From positions 1 through 35,401 of the IMG/VR virus record IMGVR_UViG_3300032253_000023: a stretch of DNA of 35,401 nt. The stretch is one strand, 5' to 3'. Numbering within the stretch: the stretch's first letter is position 1; each line of letters starts with the position of its first letter. The position numbers were made by a program, and so were the translations under genes. This document shows positions 34,696-35,401 of this stretch, piece after piece. This stretch comes from a virus. Taxonomy: Duplodnaviria > Caudoviricetes. The notes below the pieces were generated by a model. That model searched no databases and had not been told where the DNA came from. It saw only the letters and a list, made by a program, of their open reading frames with translations.

Positions 34696-35401
34696 ATGAG
34701 CGAACGATCACTAGTGACAATAGAGAAAGATAAATTGCCCGAAGTTTTTACAGATAGCGGCGCTGATAAAATAATCGCTGAGCTAAGAAAAAAGGCGCAA
34801 GAATTTATACCAGACTTGTCGACTGTTAAAGGTCGAAATCAAATAAAAACTAATGCAGCTAAATTTTCAGCAAGTAAAACAGTTGTTGAAGATTTTAGGA
34901 AGGAATTTAAGTCTGACTTAGCTAAACAAGTGAAAATCATAGATTCCGCTGGCAAGAAAATGCGCGATGTTTGCGACGAACTAAAAGCTGAAGTTAGAAA
35001 GCCTCTAACTGAGTGGGAAGCAGAAGAGGCAGAAAAAAAGGAAAAGTTGCGAATAGCCGAAGAATTAAAGGCTGAACAATTAAGGATCGCTAAAGAGTTG
35101 GAAGAATCTCACGAGCAAGCCATCTTATTAAACGATTTGCGCGATAGAGAAAAAGCCATTGAAGCAAAAGAGGCTAAAATCGAGGCAGAAAAAGAAGCTC
35201 AAAGATTGGCCGATGAAAAAAAACAGGCTGAATTAGATCGGATAGCTCATGAAGAAAAGCTTAAGGCCGACGCTGTGGCAGAAGAACAACGCAAGCATAA
35301 TGCAAAAATCGAAGCTGAACGGCTCGAATCAGCTAAACGTGAAGCTCAGGCCATAATCGACAAAGAAGCTGCTGAAAAGGCTGTACAGGACGGTATTGAA
35401 C
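34696..35401 (+). CDS. Conserved phage coiled-coil protein (often mis-annotated TolA-like); runs off the window end
   Basis: Translated by hand: PDLSTVKGRNQIK...MRDVCDELKAEVRKPLTEWE then E/K/A-rich coil. Confidence 0.75.
   Translation, partial: MSERSLVTIEKDKLPEVFTDSGADKIIAELRKKAQEFIPDLSTVKGRNQIKTNAAKFSASKTVVEDFRKEFKSDLAKQVKIIDSAGKKMRDVCDELKAEVRKPLTEWEAEEAEKKEKLRIAEELKAEQLRIAKELEESHEQAILLNDLRDREKAIEAKEAKIEAEKEAQRLADEKKQAELDRIAHEEKLKADAVAEEQRKHNAKIEAERLESAKREAQAIIDKEAAEKAVQDGIE

Noticed and set aside
34696-35401. Host TolA marking a prophage boundary
   Set aside because: No N-terminal TM anchor; N-terminal motif matches a common phage coiled-coil protein and the gene directly follows cro
1-35401. 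Alternative genetic code or stop-codon recoding
   Set aside because: All core genes are intact under code 11 and all three stop codons are used

Overview
A 35.4-kb, AT-rich segment of a tailed dsDNA phage or prophage with podovirus-type morphogenesis genes, probably from a Gammaproteobacterial host (inferred from protein types and sigma70-like promoters). Most genes are on the minus strand. In transcription order they are: a recombination/Nin-like region (Sak/Rad52-like annealase, 3'-5' exonuclease, Ref/HNH-like nuclease, RusA-like resolvase); a pR'/tR'-like late promoter; a 6.6-kb block of fibre/adhesin-like genes placed before the terminase, including a signal-peptide beta-helix plus malectin protein; small and large terminase, portal, scaffold, BPP-1-like major capsid and cement proteins; adaptor, nozzle and three ejection-type proteins; and a lysis cassette with an M15 peptidase. 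The first 6.6 kb is an accessory region of small ORFs, and the right end has a Cro-like gene with no adjacent cI. No integrase, polymerase, primase, reverse transcriptase or CRISPR array is visible. The most notable observations are (1) an Sm/Lsm-fold gene with its own promoter, coupled to an unannotated 43-aa Arg/Gly/Trp-Ser dipeptide-repeat micro-ORF, (2) an integron attC-like site bounding a self-regulated two-gene module, and (3) a ~500-bp structured non-coding region with convergent promoters and a small antisense RNA. All family calls come from reading the sequence by eye; no searches were run.
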